64,000 nt of DNA from a virus, in IMG/VR virus record IMGVR_UViG_3300050821_001428, positions 32,001 through 96,000 of that record. One strand, given 5' to 3'. A model generated the notes under the pieces. It did not search any database. It had not been told where the DNA came from and saw only the letters and a program-made list of their open reading frames with translations. Within the stretch, counting starts at the first letter, position 1. Each line of letters opens with the position of its first letter. Below, piece by piece: positions 10,152 through 17,300 of this stretch. The position numbers and the translations under genes were made by a program.

Positions 10152-10462
10152 TTTTCCTAGCTCCTATTAGCCGCCGTTCTGGTTTATGCTAACATCTGTC
10201 TCGGGTTACCCCGGCCACGGCATTATCCGTAAACGTGGTCTATCTCCACGATGGCTGCCCTCTACCTTGTGACCTTAGTTTCCCTTAGGTCAGCATCTTG
10301 AGGTCATATCATATGCCGACTAGCTAGGTTCAAACGGATTTCCCCTCCCTGATCTAGTCTCATCTTTACCGGCTTGATTAGGGCCGATCCCCTTTCAGGG
10401 ACACGATAAGGCGAACTTCCTCGATGGATTGGTTACCGCCGCGTTAGCTCGGAACTATGAAA
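10152..10462 (-). ncRNA. rnpB: Putative RNase P RNA
   Basis: CR-I GAGGAAGUUCGCC and CR-V ACCAGAACGGCGGCUAAU form P4 with a bulged U. P1 UAGUUCC/GGAGCUA. P2 GCUAAC/GUUAGC preceded by CR-IV-like ACAGAU. Confidence 0.8.
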
Positions 10463-10464
10463 TT

Positions 10465-10911
10465 TTAATACCATCCGTGGGCGTAATGAAATGCAAGTGC
10501 CCTAGAAGGGCTTTTATACCTTTCGGTCACATAGTTACCGAAGCCAATCAATTGTCCCAAAACGGTTTTGGGACTTCCGCCATATGCATAGTATTGCTTC
10601 CAACTAGCAAATTGGGCCGAACCAGCACAACCGCTTTGCGAATTATAAGCATTTATATTGACATCACTTGGTGTTGAACTCGATTCCATATACAATATCA
10701 CCCACGCATCATATACCTCGGTATCATTCCAATGATGACTTTTAGCCACGATATCCATTGGTGATAAAGTCTTATGAGTCTTATGATATCTGTACTTATG
10801 TACATTAGTCTTGTTGACCCATTTAAATGGATGAGTTACATGTTGATGTTGATGATTATTATGAAACGGTGATAATGTAATCGCCGCGATTGTTAGAATA
10901 GTAGCAAACAT
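10465..10911 (-). CDS. Secreted lytic transglycosylase (SLT/Rpf-like C-terminus)
   Basis: Signal peptide, catalytic-like MESS, C-terminal YVTERYKSPSRALAFHYAHGWY like actinobacterial small transglycosylases. Confidence 0.7.
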   Translation of the reverse strand: MFATILTIAAITLSPFHNNHQHQHVTHPFKWVNKTNVHKYRYHKTHKTLSPMDIVAKSHHWNDTEVYDAWVILYMESSSTPSDVNINAYNSQSGCAGSAQFASWKQYYAYGGSPKTVLGQLIGFGNYVTERYKSPSRALAFHYAHGWY

Positions 10912-11042
10912 AAGCCTTCCATCCGTAGATTTTGTCGTACCTTTACTTACCTAGTCACCGATTGGATTCGGCTCTTTATACCTTAGACTCACGGACATCT
11001 ACGGAAGAGTGGAATATACTCCTTTTATTTTATTTTACACCA

Positions 11043-11116
11043 TACTCCCACCAGGACTTGAACCTGGAACCGTTCGCGTATAAGACGAATGCACTAACCA
11101 ATTGTGCTATAGGAGT
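11043..11116 (-). tRNA. tRNA-Ile(TAT)
   Basis: TTCGT-CTTATAC-GCGAA arm; full cloverleaf. Confidence 0.9.
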
Positions 11117-11143
11117 GAGAAACTGGGAGACTGAAATTGTAAG

Positions 11144-11218
11144 AGGGTAGTGTCGGATTCGAACCGACATAGGCTAGGATCACAACCTAGAACATTAGTC
11201 CAATTATGCTAACTACCC
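11144..11218 (-). tRNA. tRNA-His(GTG)
   Basis: CTAGG-TTGTGAT-CCTAG arm. Confidence 0.85.
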
Positions 11219-11229
11219 ACAAGCTACTA

Positions 11230-11300
11230 AGCACCTAGCCGGAATCGAACCGGCGTCTACTGCCTGGCAAGCAGTTATAATACCATTATACCATAGATGC
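11230..11300 (-). tRNA. tRNA-Gly(GCC)
   Basis: ACTGC-TTGCCAG-GCAGT arm. Confidence 0.9.
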
Positions 11301-11304
11301 GACA

Positions 11305-11376
11305 CGCCCTCGGAGAGAATCGAACTCTCGCCCCCGCCATCGGAAAGCGGTGCTCTGGCCGCTGAGCTACAAGGGC
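11305..11376 (-). tRNA. tRNA-Arg(CCG)
   Basis: CCGCT-TTCCGAT-GGCGG arm. Confidence 0.9.
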
Positions 11377-11431
11377 ATACTCGGCGTTTTTATCTATTAT
11401 GAGAACGCCCAAACTCACAGACTATATTTAC

Positions 11432-12028
11432 TTACTGACTACTCTTGATGTCATTGAAGAGCGTCGTAGCATTACCCACCAGCTTTGGACTGTTGGTAGC
11501 ATTGTCCCAAATAGCTGGACCAAAAACTACTCTTACAAAGCCCTCCCAATATTGGGCATACGTCCGACCTGTGCTCGGATCGACACACATGACATAAGTT
11601 CCACTCGATGGTCCAGAGTATACCCCATTTGGGTCCATCTGTGCTAGAACATTACTGCCAGGAACACTGCCATTATTCGGATCACGAACCTGCATTTGTG
11701 GATTACTTAGCTCTGTATCAGATGCAACCGGTGCTCCAATCGATGAACACGAACCCTCTGGGTGAGGATCACCCATGTTCATAAAGAAGGTAGTAGACTG
11801 TACGCCATTAGCCTGGGCTGTCTCAATATCAATCAATTCTTGACGAATTTGAGAATGGGTGAACACGGGAATCGGTTGGTTATTAACTAGATTAAACGAA
11901 TCTTGATTCTGGGCACGCGATTCTCGCTGGGCGGCGGCATTGACATTATTACCTCCACATGCCGTAATTGCCATGGTAAGTACAATTACGATAGGCACAA
12001 CAATCCATCTGGTCTTAAACTTAGACAC
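11432..12028 (-). CDS. Putative lipoprotein
   Basis: Signal peptide with lipobox ITAC. Confidence 0.7.
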   Translation of the reverse strand: MSKFKTRWIVVPIVIVLTMAITACGGNNVNAAAQRESRAQNQDSFNLVNNQPIPVFTHSQIRQELIDIETAQANGVQSTTFFMNMGDPHPEGSCSSIGAPVASDTELSNPQMQVRDPNNGSVPGSNVLAQMDPNGVYSGPSSGTYVMCVDPSTGRTYAQYWEGFVRVVFGPAIWDNATNSPKLVGNATTLFNDIKSSQ

Positions 12029-12030
12029 TA

Positions 12031-12444
12031 TTATTTGGCTCCGGAATAACTTGATGATGGACTCACCGCACCATCAATACAGTTGATATAAATAAATTCA
12101 CTTTGTTGGGCGTTCAACGTTCCGCCATGTGCTTGCTGCGCCAACTCGCACAGTTGGCTCAAATCCGCATATTGTTCCGCCTTTAGAGCAATTACTTCAT
12201 TACCTTGTACGTCTGGGGACTGAATTTGTGCTGTAATGGTTTCAATGTTCTGAAACTGACCATCAATCTCTGATGCGAGATTGGACTGATATCCAATGGA
12301 ATTTCGGATCATCAGAGTTGTACGATTCTCGTTTTGATTGTTAAACCACCAACCAAGTTGCCAACCACCAAATACAATTACAGCAATTATTAGGATTGCT
12401 GTAAACGATCCACCGACAATCACCATCTTTTTAATCTTCTTCAC
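12031..12444 (-). CDS. Membrane-anchored hypothetical protein
   Basis: N-terminal transmembrane helix; abuts the lipoprotein gene. Confidence 0.65.
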   Translation of the reverse strand: MKKIKKMVIVGGSFTAILIIAVIVFGGWQLGWWFNNQNENRTTLMIRNSIGYQSNLASEIDGQFQNIETITAQIQSPDVQGNEVIALKAEQYADLSQLCELAQQAHGGTLNAQQSEFIYINCIDGAVSPSSSYSGAK

Positions 12445-12529
12445 TAATCGTTTACCTTTATTTTAGTTGACCTACACTTCTACAGTGTAGCAGACAAATG
12501 TGATGGCTGAAATGACTGAAAAGTCAAAG

Positions 12530-12602
12530 TACCGGGAGCGAGAGTCGAACTCGCGCACATTAGATTAAAAGTCTACTGCTCTGGCCACTGAGCTACCCCG
12601 GC
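12530..12602 (-). tRNA. tRNA-Lys(TTT)
   Basis: TAGA-CTTTTAA-TCTA arm. Confidence 0.9.
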
Positions 12603-12605
12603 TTA

Positions 12606-12678
12606 AGCCCTTGACAGGAATTGCACCTGCGACACACGGTTTCGTAGACCGACGCTCTCTCTACTGAGCTACAAGGGC
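12606..12678 (-). tRNA. tRNA-Arg(ACG)
   Basis: CGGT-CTACGAA-ACCG arm; T loop TGCAATT. Confidence 0.85.
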
Positions 12679-12731
12679 TGGTTGGAGAGATTAATAGCTC
12701 TCTCCGGGCTATGATTCTTATTCTATCACGG

Positions 12732-13433
12732 TTAGGCTAGAGTTTCAACCCGATCGTAATCGTACTCCGATAGAGAGTATGCACCCTTGGTAGAAAGGAA
12801 CCCTCCTTTTACATGGTCGTGCATAATCTGTGCTTCGTATACCTGTCCTTCTTCTCCCGAAAGGGCTAATTCGTAAATCTTAGGATGCTCTTCCTTTAGT
12901 TCATCTAGCAACTTCTGGGCAAATATACGTTCATGATCCCTTAGATAAGGAACAATGCTCTTCCCGGTACCATCTCCACGGTAATGAAGGTCACGGTGCC
13001 GTCCGACGCACAGAGGAATCGTACAAACAGATCTAGCAGCATAGCTAACGTAGTTATCAAGCTCCTTCATAAGCCATCTAGGGATGAAGTGATGCCTAGT
13101 AATCCGACCTTCACATTCCCATCCATGTATAGCACAGATGCGGCAGGTTGGCTGGATTTGGGACTCGATCTTACGTAATCGGCGGCGTTCAAGAATCTCA
13201 GGAGGAACTACAATAGTATTAGAAGCTAACCTTAGACGAAATAAGACCTGCTTTTGTGTAAGCCCTTCATCCAATAGATCATCTAATTCTGCATCCTCAT
13301 AGTCGGCAAGAAGTTCCAATTGCTCTACTGTAGCCCGACTTTTTTGATCAAACCAAAAGACTTGGTTAGAACGCGGATCATCAAACCAACGAGCGCGAGA
13401 CATGAACTCTCCTTTCCTAAATTCGGGTTGCAA
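12732..13433 (-). CDS. HNH-type nuclease domain protein
   Basis: CRIC...ITRHHFIPR...TIPLCVGRHRDLH; likely start at MSRARW. Confidence 0.65.
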   Translation of the reverse strand: MQPEFRKGEFMSRARWFDDPRSNQVFWFDQKSRATVEQLELLADYEDAELDDLLDEGLTQKQVLFRLRLASNTIVVPPEILERRRLRKIESQIQPTCRICAIHGWECEGRITRHHFIPRWLMKELDNYVSYAARSVCTIPLCVGRHRDLHYRGDGTGKSIVPYLRDHERIFAQKLLDELKEEHPKIYELALSGEEGQVYEAQIMHDHVKGGFLSTKGAYSLSEYDYDRVETLA

Positions 13434-13435
13434 AG

Positions 13436-13508
13436 TACCGATACGGAGAATTGAACTCCGATTTACGCGCTGAGAACGCGCTGTCCTACACCATTAGACG
13501 ATACCGGC
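13436..13508 (-). tRNA. tRNA-Glu(CTC)
   Basis: CGCG-TTCTCAG-CGCG arm. Confidence 0.9.
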
Positions 13509-13856
13509 TTAGGTTGAATTTTTACTACTTTAGGTTCTTCATTAGCTTTCTTAATTTTTACAATCATCATCTACAATTCTATCCAGGGTAGATATATGTA
13601 TCTATAGCCAGATGTACAAGATTACGCCCCTGTTTAGCGCCGAGGGGCAAGGCGGAAGGACATGGCGGTAGCACCCAGCATACACTTATCCTCAGATTAT
13701 CCCCGCCTTTTCCGCACGGCATTAGGGACCATGAATTTCGTTACAGTTACAAGTACTCCCACGGCATACTGCCAGCCGCTCGTCGGATTAAGTTGTAATC
13801 CAATGACCTCTAGGTGGGGTTTCTACATTAATGATTCAATTAACACAAAAAGTTAA

Positions 13857-13930
13857 TACGTTGCCTCGGAGTCGAACCGAGATTTGCCGAATTAAGAGTT
13901 CGGAACTTTATCCATTTAAGTTAGCAACGC
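13857..13930 (-). tRNA. tRNA-Lys(CTT)
   Basis: CCGAA-CTCTTAA-TTCGG arm. Confidence 0.9.
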
Positions 13931-13994
13931 TTATTCCTAGCTACTAGGGGTTGAAGGCTTATTTTATTACTTCGTTAATAAGTACTTTTAAAAG

Positions 13995-14077
13995 TACCCC
14001 AGGTGGGACTTGAACCCACAATCTCTTACGAGCAACCGATTTTAAGTCGGTTTGTTATACCAATTCACAACTGGGGC
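13995..14077 (-). tRNA. tRNA-Leu(TAA)
   Basis: ACCGA-CTTAAAA-TCGGT arm, long variable arm. Confidence 0.9.
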
Positions 14078-14083
14078 GAGAAG

Positions 14084-14154
14084 CTGGAGAATAGGGATTC
14101 GAACCCCAATAGACGGTGCCAAAAACCGTCGTCTTGCCTTTAGACGATTCTCCA
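14084..14154 (-). tRNA. tRNA-Gln(TTG)
   Basis: ACGGT-TTTTGGC-ACCGT arm. Confidence 0.9.
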
Positions 14155-14170
14155 GTGATTTGTAAAATAC

Positions 14171-14461
14171 TTAATTGTTTAGTTTTCCAGGTTCAACGTT
14201 TGTCGTTGTCGCTGAATCTAGTATAGCAACTTCCTGATCAGAGTCAAGCTTTTTTGCGGGTTTGGGGGTTTTGGTTTTTAGCAACAACTCTTCAAGGATA
14301 TCTCGCTGACGCTGATTATACGGTTGGTTCTTAGTATTGAGAACTATAACACGATAATCGGCAGGGACATCTTGTGATTGACTCCATTTAGTCGCCTTTG
14401 CCGGGTCATGAGTTGTGTAACATGACACGCCACTCTTATAAAATACGCTGTAAATCTTCAT
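14171..14461 (-). CDS. Hypothetical protein
   Basis: 96-aa ORF filling a gap between tRNAs. Confidence 0.5.
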   Translation of the reverse strand: MKIYSVFYKSGVSCYTTHDPAKATKWSQSQDVPADYRVIVLNTKNQPYNQRQRDILEELLLKTKTPKPAKKLDSDQEVAILDSATTTNVEPGKLNN

Positions 14462-14502
14462 ATCATATATTATGTACCGAACTTAGGGTTCGCCATATTT
14501 GA

Positions 14503-14577
14503 TTGCCCCTCTAGGGGTCGAACCTAGATAACTCCTGGTTCAGAGCCAGGCGAGTCTGCCAATTCCTCCAAGGGGCA
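14503..14577 (-). tRNA. tRNA-Gln(CTG)
   Basis: CCTGG-CTCTGAA-CCAGG arm. Confidence 0.9.
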
Positions 14578-14583
14578 TTAGTA

Positions 14584-14659
14584 TGGCAGAGACAGGATTC
14601 GAACCTGTGATCTCCTGCGTATGAGACAGGCGGGGACGGCCTTACTCCCCTACTCCGCG
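14584..14659 (-). tRNA. tRNA-Met(CAT), initiator-like
   Basis: CCTGT-CTCATAC-GCAGG arm. 5' CGCGGAG with unpaired C1 (formylation determinant), but lacks the three G-C anticodon-stem pairs. Confidence 0.85.
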
Positions 14660-14717
14660 TCGAGCCAAGTTGATATCGCTCAACTTGGAAAGCGCAAGTC
14701 TGTTGCTAGATTATAGC

Positions 14718-15053
14718 TCAGACCGCATGGGTGCCTTCGACACCACGGGCTTCACGCGCGGTGGTGCGCTCTTGTAACTTATCAAGAGCCTCCCCAAGCA
14801 GTACGAGTGCCTGCGCGTTGTAATCGCAGGCGAACTTGGTTGATTGGTAGAACTCAATCCGGTCGACAGCGGCGGCGATCACGCCCTCTACAAACGCACC
14901 GTTCGGCTCTAGGCGGACCCCGCCGCGCGTGAGCATGTGTTCGGCAAGCGGCCCGTTCTGCCATCCGATCGTAAAGCCGACGCCGTAGGTCGTGCCACCG
15001 GCTGGATTTCCGTCGTCGTCAGTGAAGTGATGGCTCTCGATTGTCTGCAACAT
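14718..15053 (-). CDS. tad1: Tad1-like anti-defence nucleotide sponge
   Basis: WQNGP...NGAFVEGVIAAAVDRIEFYQ..KFACDYNAQAL..LGEAL..LQERT..REARGVEGT follows the Tad1 pattern as recalled. SD AGGAG at 15062-15066; the track's N-terminal extension overlaps a tRNA. Confidence 0.7.
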   Translation of the reverse strand: MLQTIESHHFTDDDGNPAGGTTYGVGFTIGWQNGPLAEHMLTRGGVRLEPNGAFVEGVIAAAVDRIEFYQSTKFACDYNAQALVLLGEALDKLQERTTAREARGVEGTHAV

Positions 15054-15124
15054 CACAGTAACTCCTTTTCTCTCGATTAACGAAATATTGTCAGTATATC
15101 TTTCATCTTGATTGAATTGTACAG

Positions 15125-15208
15125 TGCCGATGGAGGGAGTCGAACCCTCACGTCTGTCAAGACACTGGGATTTGAAGCCAGCATGTATACCAATTTCATC
15201 ACATCGGC
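15125..15208 (-). tRNA. tRNA-Leu(CAA)
   Basis: Loop TTCAAAT with C31-C39 mismatch, long variable arm. Confidence 0.85.
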
Positions 15209-15277
15209 TTGTCTGGTTGCGTGATTTTATCAAGCTAGCATCATATTATTACACGCCATTACCTGCTGCCACGACCA

Positions 15278-15316
15278 TAGCACCACGGAGAATCGAACTC
15301 CGATTACAAGATTGAA
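15278..15316 (-). pseudogene. 3'-half remnant of a tRNA (probably Glu TTC)
   Basis: TTCAATCTTG-TAAT-CGGAG-TTCGATT-CTCCG-TGGTGCTA with no 5' half. Confidence 0.6.
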
Positions 15317-15323
15317 CTATTTA

Positions 15324-15397
15324 TAGCTCCAGCGGGGTTCGAACCCGCAATCTTTTCCTTGAAAGGGAAACGAGATAAACCATTACTCTATGGAGCC
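15324..15397 (-). tRNA. tRNA-Glu(TTC)
   Basis: TTTCC-CTTTCAA-GGAAA arm. Confidence 0.9.
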
Positions 15398-15522
15398 AAG
15401 ATTTTCTAGTACGACCTACAAGTATAGCAGAGGGCGCTCATACAGTGTCAATTTCCGCATCGCTTGTATCTAGGTGCCATATTTTCATCCACAAAGAAAT
15501 ACCACCGACTCTTTTGATGAAT

Positions 15523-15794
15523 TTATCAGGCCGGATTACGACCCTACAACGCTCCAAGGTTTGAGGTTATCGCACGATCCGCCCGGTTCCTGCGCTCCCT
15601 CTTAGTAGGCCCAGATACCCTGGGTTCGGTGCGAGAATTTTGGCCCGGCGTGTTCCGGATCAAGTCTCGCCCGACAGCACTGTGCCGGTTCGTCATGAAA
15701 ATCATGTAGCACATGTGTTGGGCGGCAAGTTCGATAACTTCAAACCTTGGAGCGTTGTAGGGGAAGCTTTTCAAGGCTCGCATTTTCCTGACAA
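15523..15794 (-). ncRNA. Unknown structured RNA with a 31-bp stem and 44-nt identity to the resolvase gene
   Basis: Inverted repeat 15542-15572 / 15732-15762 (30/31), outer 8-bp stem 15523-15530 / 15787-15794. 15686-15729 is identical to 38080-38123. Strand inferred from flanking tRNAs. Confidence 0.7.
15686..15729 (+). repeat. 44-bp exact direct repeat, copy 1 (copy 2 at 38080-38123)
   Basis: CGGTTCGTCATGAAAATCATGTAGCACATGTGTTGGGCGGCAAG is present at both loci. Confidence 0.97.
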
Positions 15795-15796
15795 CA

Positions 15797-15838
15797 GTCC
15801 AGATGAGAGGAATCGAACCTCCACCGGGGGTTAGCCCG
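15797..15838 (-). pseudogene. tRNA 3' fragment (T arm plus acceptor strand)
   Basis: GAGG-TTCGATT-CCTC-TCATCTGGAC with no matching 5' half. Confidence 0.5.
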
Positions 15839-15841
15839 TAA

Positions 15842-15931
15842 CGGAAGGTACGGGGATCGAACCCGTAAGGCACTTTCGTGCTCGTCACTTTTCGAGAGTG
15901 GTCCCATCGCCAACCATTGGGTTGCCCTTCC
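15842..15931 (-). tRNA. tRNA-Ser(CGA)
   Basis: CACT-CTCGAAA-AGTG arm, long variable arm, G73. Confidence 0.9.
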
Positions 15932-16047
15932 AAGAATTCATCATTCATTGCATGTTCATATGTGCAATTTATAGTTGATCTACCGTCAAGTTCGCATGGC
16001 ATAACGGTTTAGTAAACCGCTCCAATACCGTTATGGTTATATTTCCT

Positions 16048-16117
16048 TGGCACCAGTGAGGGGACTTTCACCGCCTATCTGCCCGTGGGCTATTCTAATA
16101 ATTAAACTACACTGATG
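16048..16117 (-). ncRNA. tRNA-like RNA lacking an anticodon loop
   Basis: Acceptor CATCAGTG/CACTGGTG plus CCA, D-like arm, stub GCCC-AC-GGGC, T-like arm. Confidence 0.55.
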
Positions 16118-16120
16118 TAG

Positions 16121-16206
16121 CGGAGGGACAGGGAATCGAACCCTGTGGACGCTCATCACGTTTTATACCGTTTCCAGCGATATTCCTAGCCATTTGGGTT
16201 CCCTCC
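16121..16206 (-). tRNA. tRNA-Ser(GGA)
   Basis: TATCG-CTGGAAA-CGGTA arm, long variable arm. Confidence 0.85.
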
Positions 16207-16649
16207 AAGTGTACGTTCCCGATGACAATTTAACACACTACTTCGCACTTGGCTATTTCTTCAAACAGCATAACTTCAGAGCGTCGAGTCGGGGAGCAGC
16301 ACTGCGTGACGCGCGCGTCCCACCTGCTGCTCGCGGATCATCATCGCGGACGGCATCTCGACGCACGGCAACCGACGACAACGGCTCCTGGGAGCCGTAC
16401 TGATCGAAGAAGCCGATCCGAATGCGCTTCTGGAGCGCACGATCACCGTAGTCAGTCATCAGAACGTGAAGTGTATGCCGTTGTCGGAATCCCGCCAGCC
16501 ACAGCTAGTTTACCAGAACTCATACGCGTAAGCCCTGGTCGAGAATAATATACATCACCGGATTCATATCTACAGTATAGCATATCAGACTAGAGTCGCC
16601 AACTTATGGTGACTCCTCATGCTCCTTCCGCCACAAGGTGGATGAGTCA

Positions 16650-16741
16650 CGGATAGAGTGGGGGTCGAACCCACAAGGGCTTATTCATCCTCGTCGCTTT
16701 TCAAGAGCGATGCCGTCGGCCAACTATCGGCTTGCCTATCC
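16650..16741 (-). tRNA. tRNA-Ser(TGA)
   Basis: TCGCT-CTTGAAA-AGCGA arm. Confidence 0.9.
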
Positions 16742-16746
16742 ATAAA

Positions 16747-16829
16747 AAGCCAGTGTGAGAATCGAACTCACTCCCCGTTATGGGCGATACGTGTTGCAGA
16801 CGCCGGTGTTACCATTCCACCAACTGGCC
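16747..16829 (-). tRNA. tRNA-Cys(GCA) with long variable arm
   Basis: GCGT-CTGCAAC-ACGT arm, U73, variable hairpin CCC-ATAAC-GGG. Confidence 0.8.
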
Positions 16830-16913
16830 GTTATACCCCAATTCCCCAAAAGGGCTGCTGCCGGTCGAGCTAATATTAGCCTTTACCTACTCGGGGTTTG
16901 ATAGGTAGCAAAG

Positions 16914-16986
16914 CTGCTCAGATAGGACTTGAACCTATAACCATCGCCTTAACAGGGCGTTGCACCGCCAATTGTGCTACTGAGCA
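16914..16986 (-). tRNA. tRNA-Asn(GTT)
   Basis: CGCC-CTGTTAA-GGCG arm. Confidence 0.9.
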
Positions 16987-17173
16987 TTGTTATTCCATCT
17001 TCAACTTCCATGTGACAATTTGAACATAATAAAATACATTTACTAGCTTCTGCTCTCATTTTAGCTAATCCAGGGATTTTACCCTTCCATGCTAAATGGA
17101 ACAACTTCGTAGTGGGATCTATATGGTGAAAATGTAAGGCTCTCATACATTTATCATATCCGCAAATCACACA
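16949..17173 (-). pseudogene. 5'-truncated HNH endonuclease
   Basis: CVICGY...LHFHHIDP..K...KCILLCSNCH. An in-frame TAG lies just upstream and the 3' end runs into tRNA-Asn. Confidence 0.65.
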
Positions 17174-17203
17174 GATTGTCCATAAAACCTATGATCCGTT
17201 AAG

Positions 17204-17293
17204 CAGAGGGTAGGGGATTCGAACCCCTGATACACGTCTAAGGTGTATGACGGTTTAGCAAACCGTTCTCGTCAGCCACTTGAGTAACCCTCT
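17204..17293 (-). tRNA. tRNA-Ser(GCT)
   Basis: ACGGT-TTGCTAA-ACCGT arm. Confidence 0.9.
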
Positions 17294-17300
17294 GAGACTA

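Noticed and set aside
13688-13696. CUGAGGA hammerhead-like core
   Set aside because: No stem II followed by GAAA.
15125-15208. Reading as an opal suppressor or Sec tRNA (TCA)
   Set aside because: The anticodon stem only pairs in the CAA register; long ORFs show no sign of stop-codon recoding.
15613-15623. AGATACCCTGG matches 16S rRNA near position 790
   Set aside because: Only 11 nt, expected by chance against rRNA, and it is sequestered in a hairpin.
15763-15780. UUGAAAA loop as the missing tRNA-Phe anticodon arm
   Set aside because: Imperfect stem; no D or T arm in the correct order.
15523-15794. SRP RNA or retron msr-msd identity
   Set aside because: No helix-8 CAGG-GNRA-AGCA motif, and no reverse transcriptase in the window.
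15544-16002. 152-aa ORF and overlapping 64-aa ORF containing RHENHVAHVLGGK
   Set aside because: They overlap tRNA-Ser and the structured RNA; the peptide match is just the 44-bp repeat.
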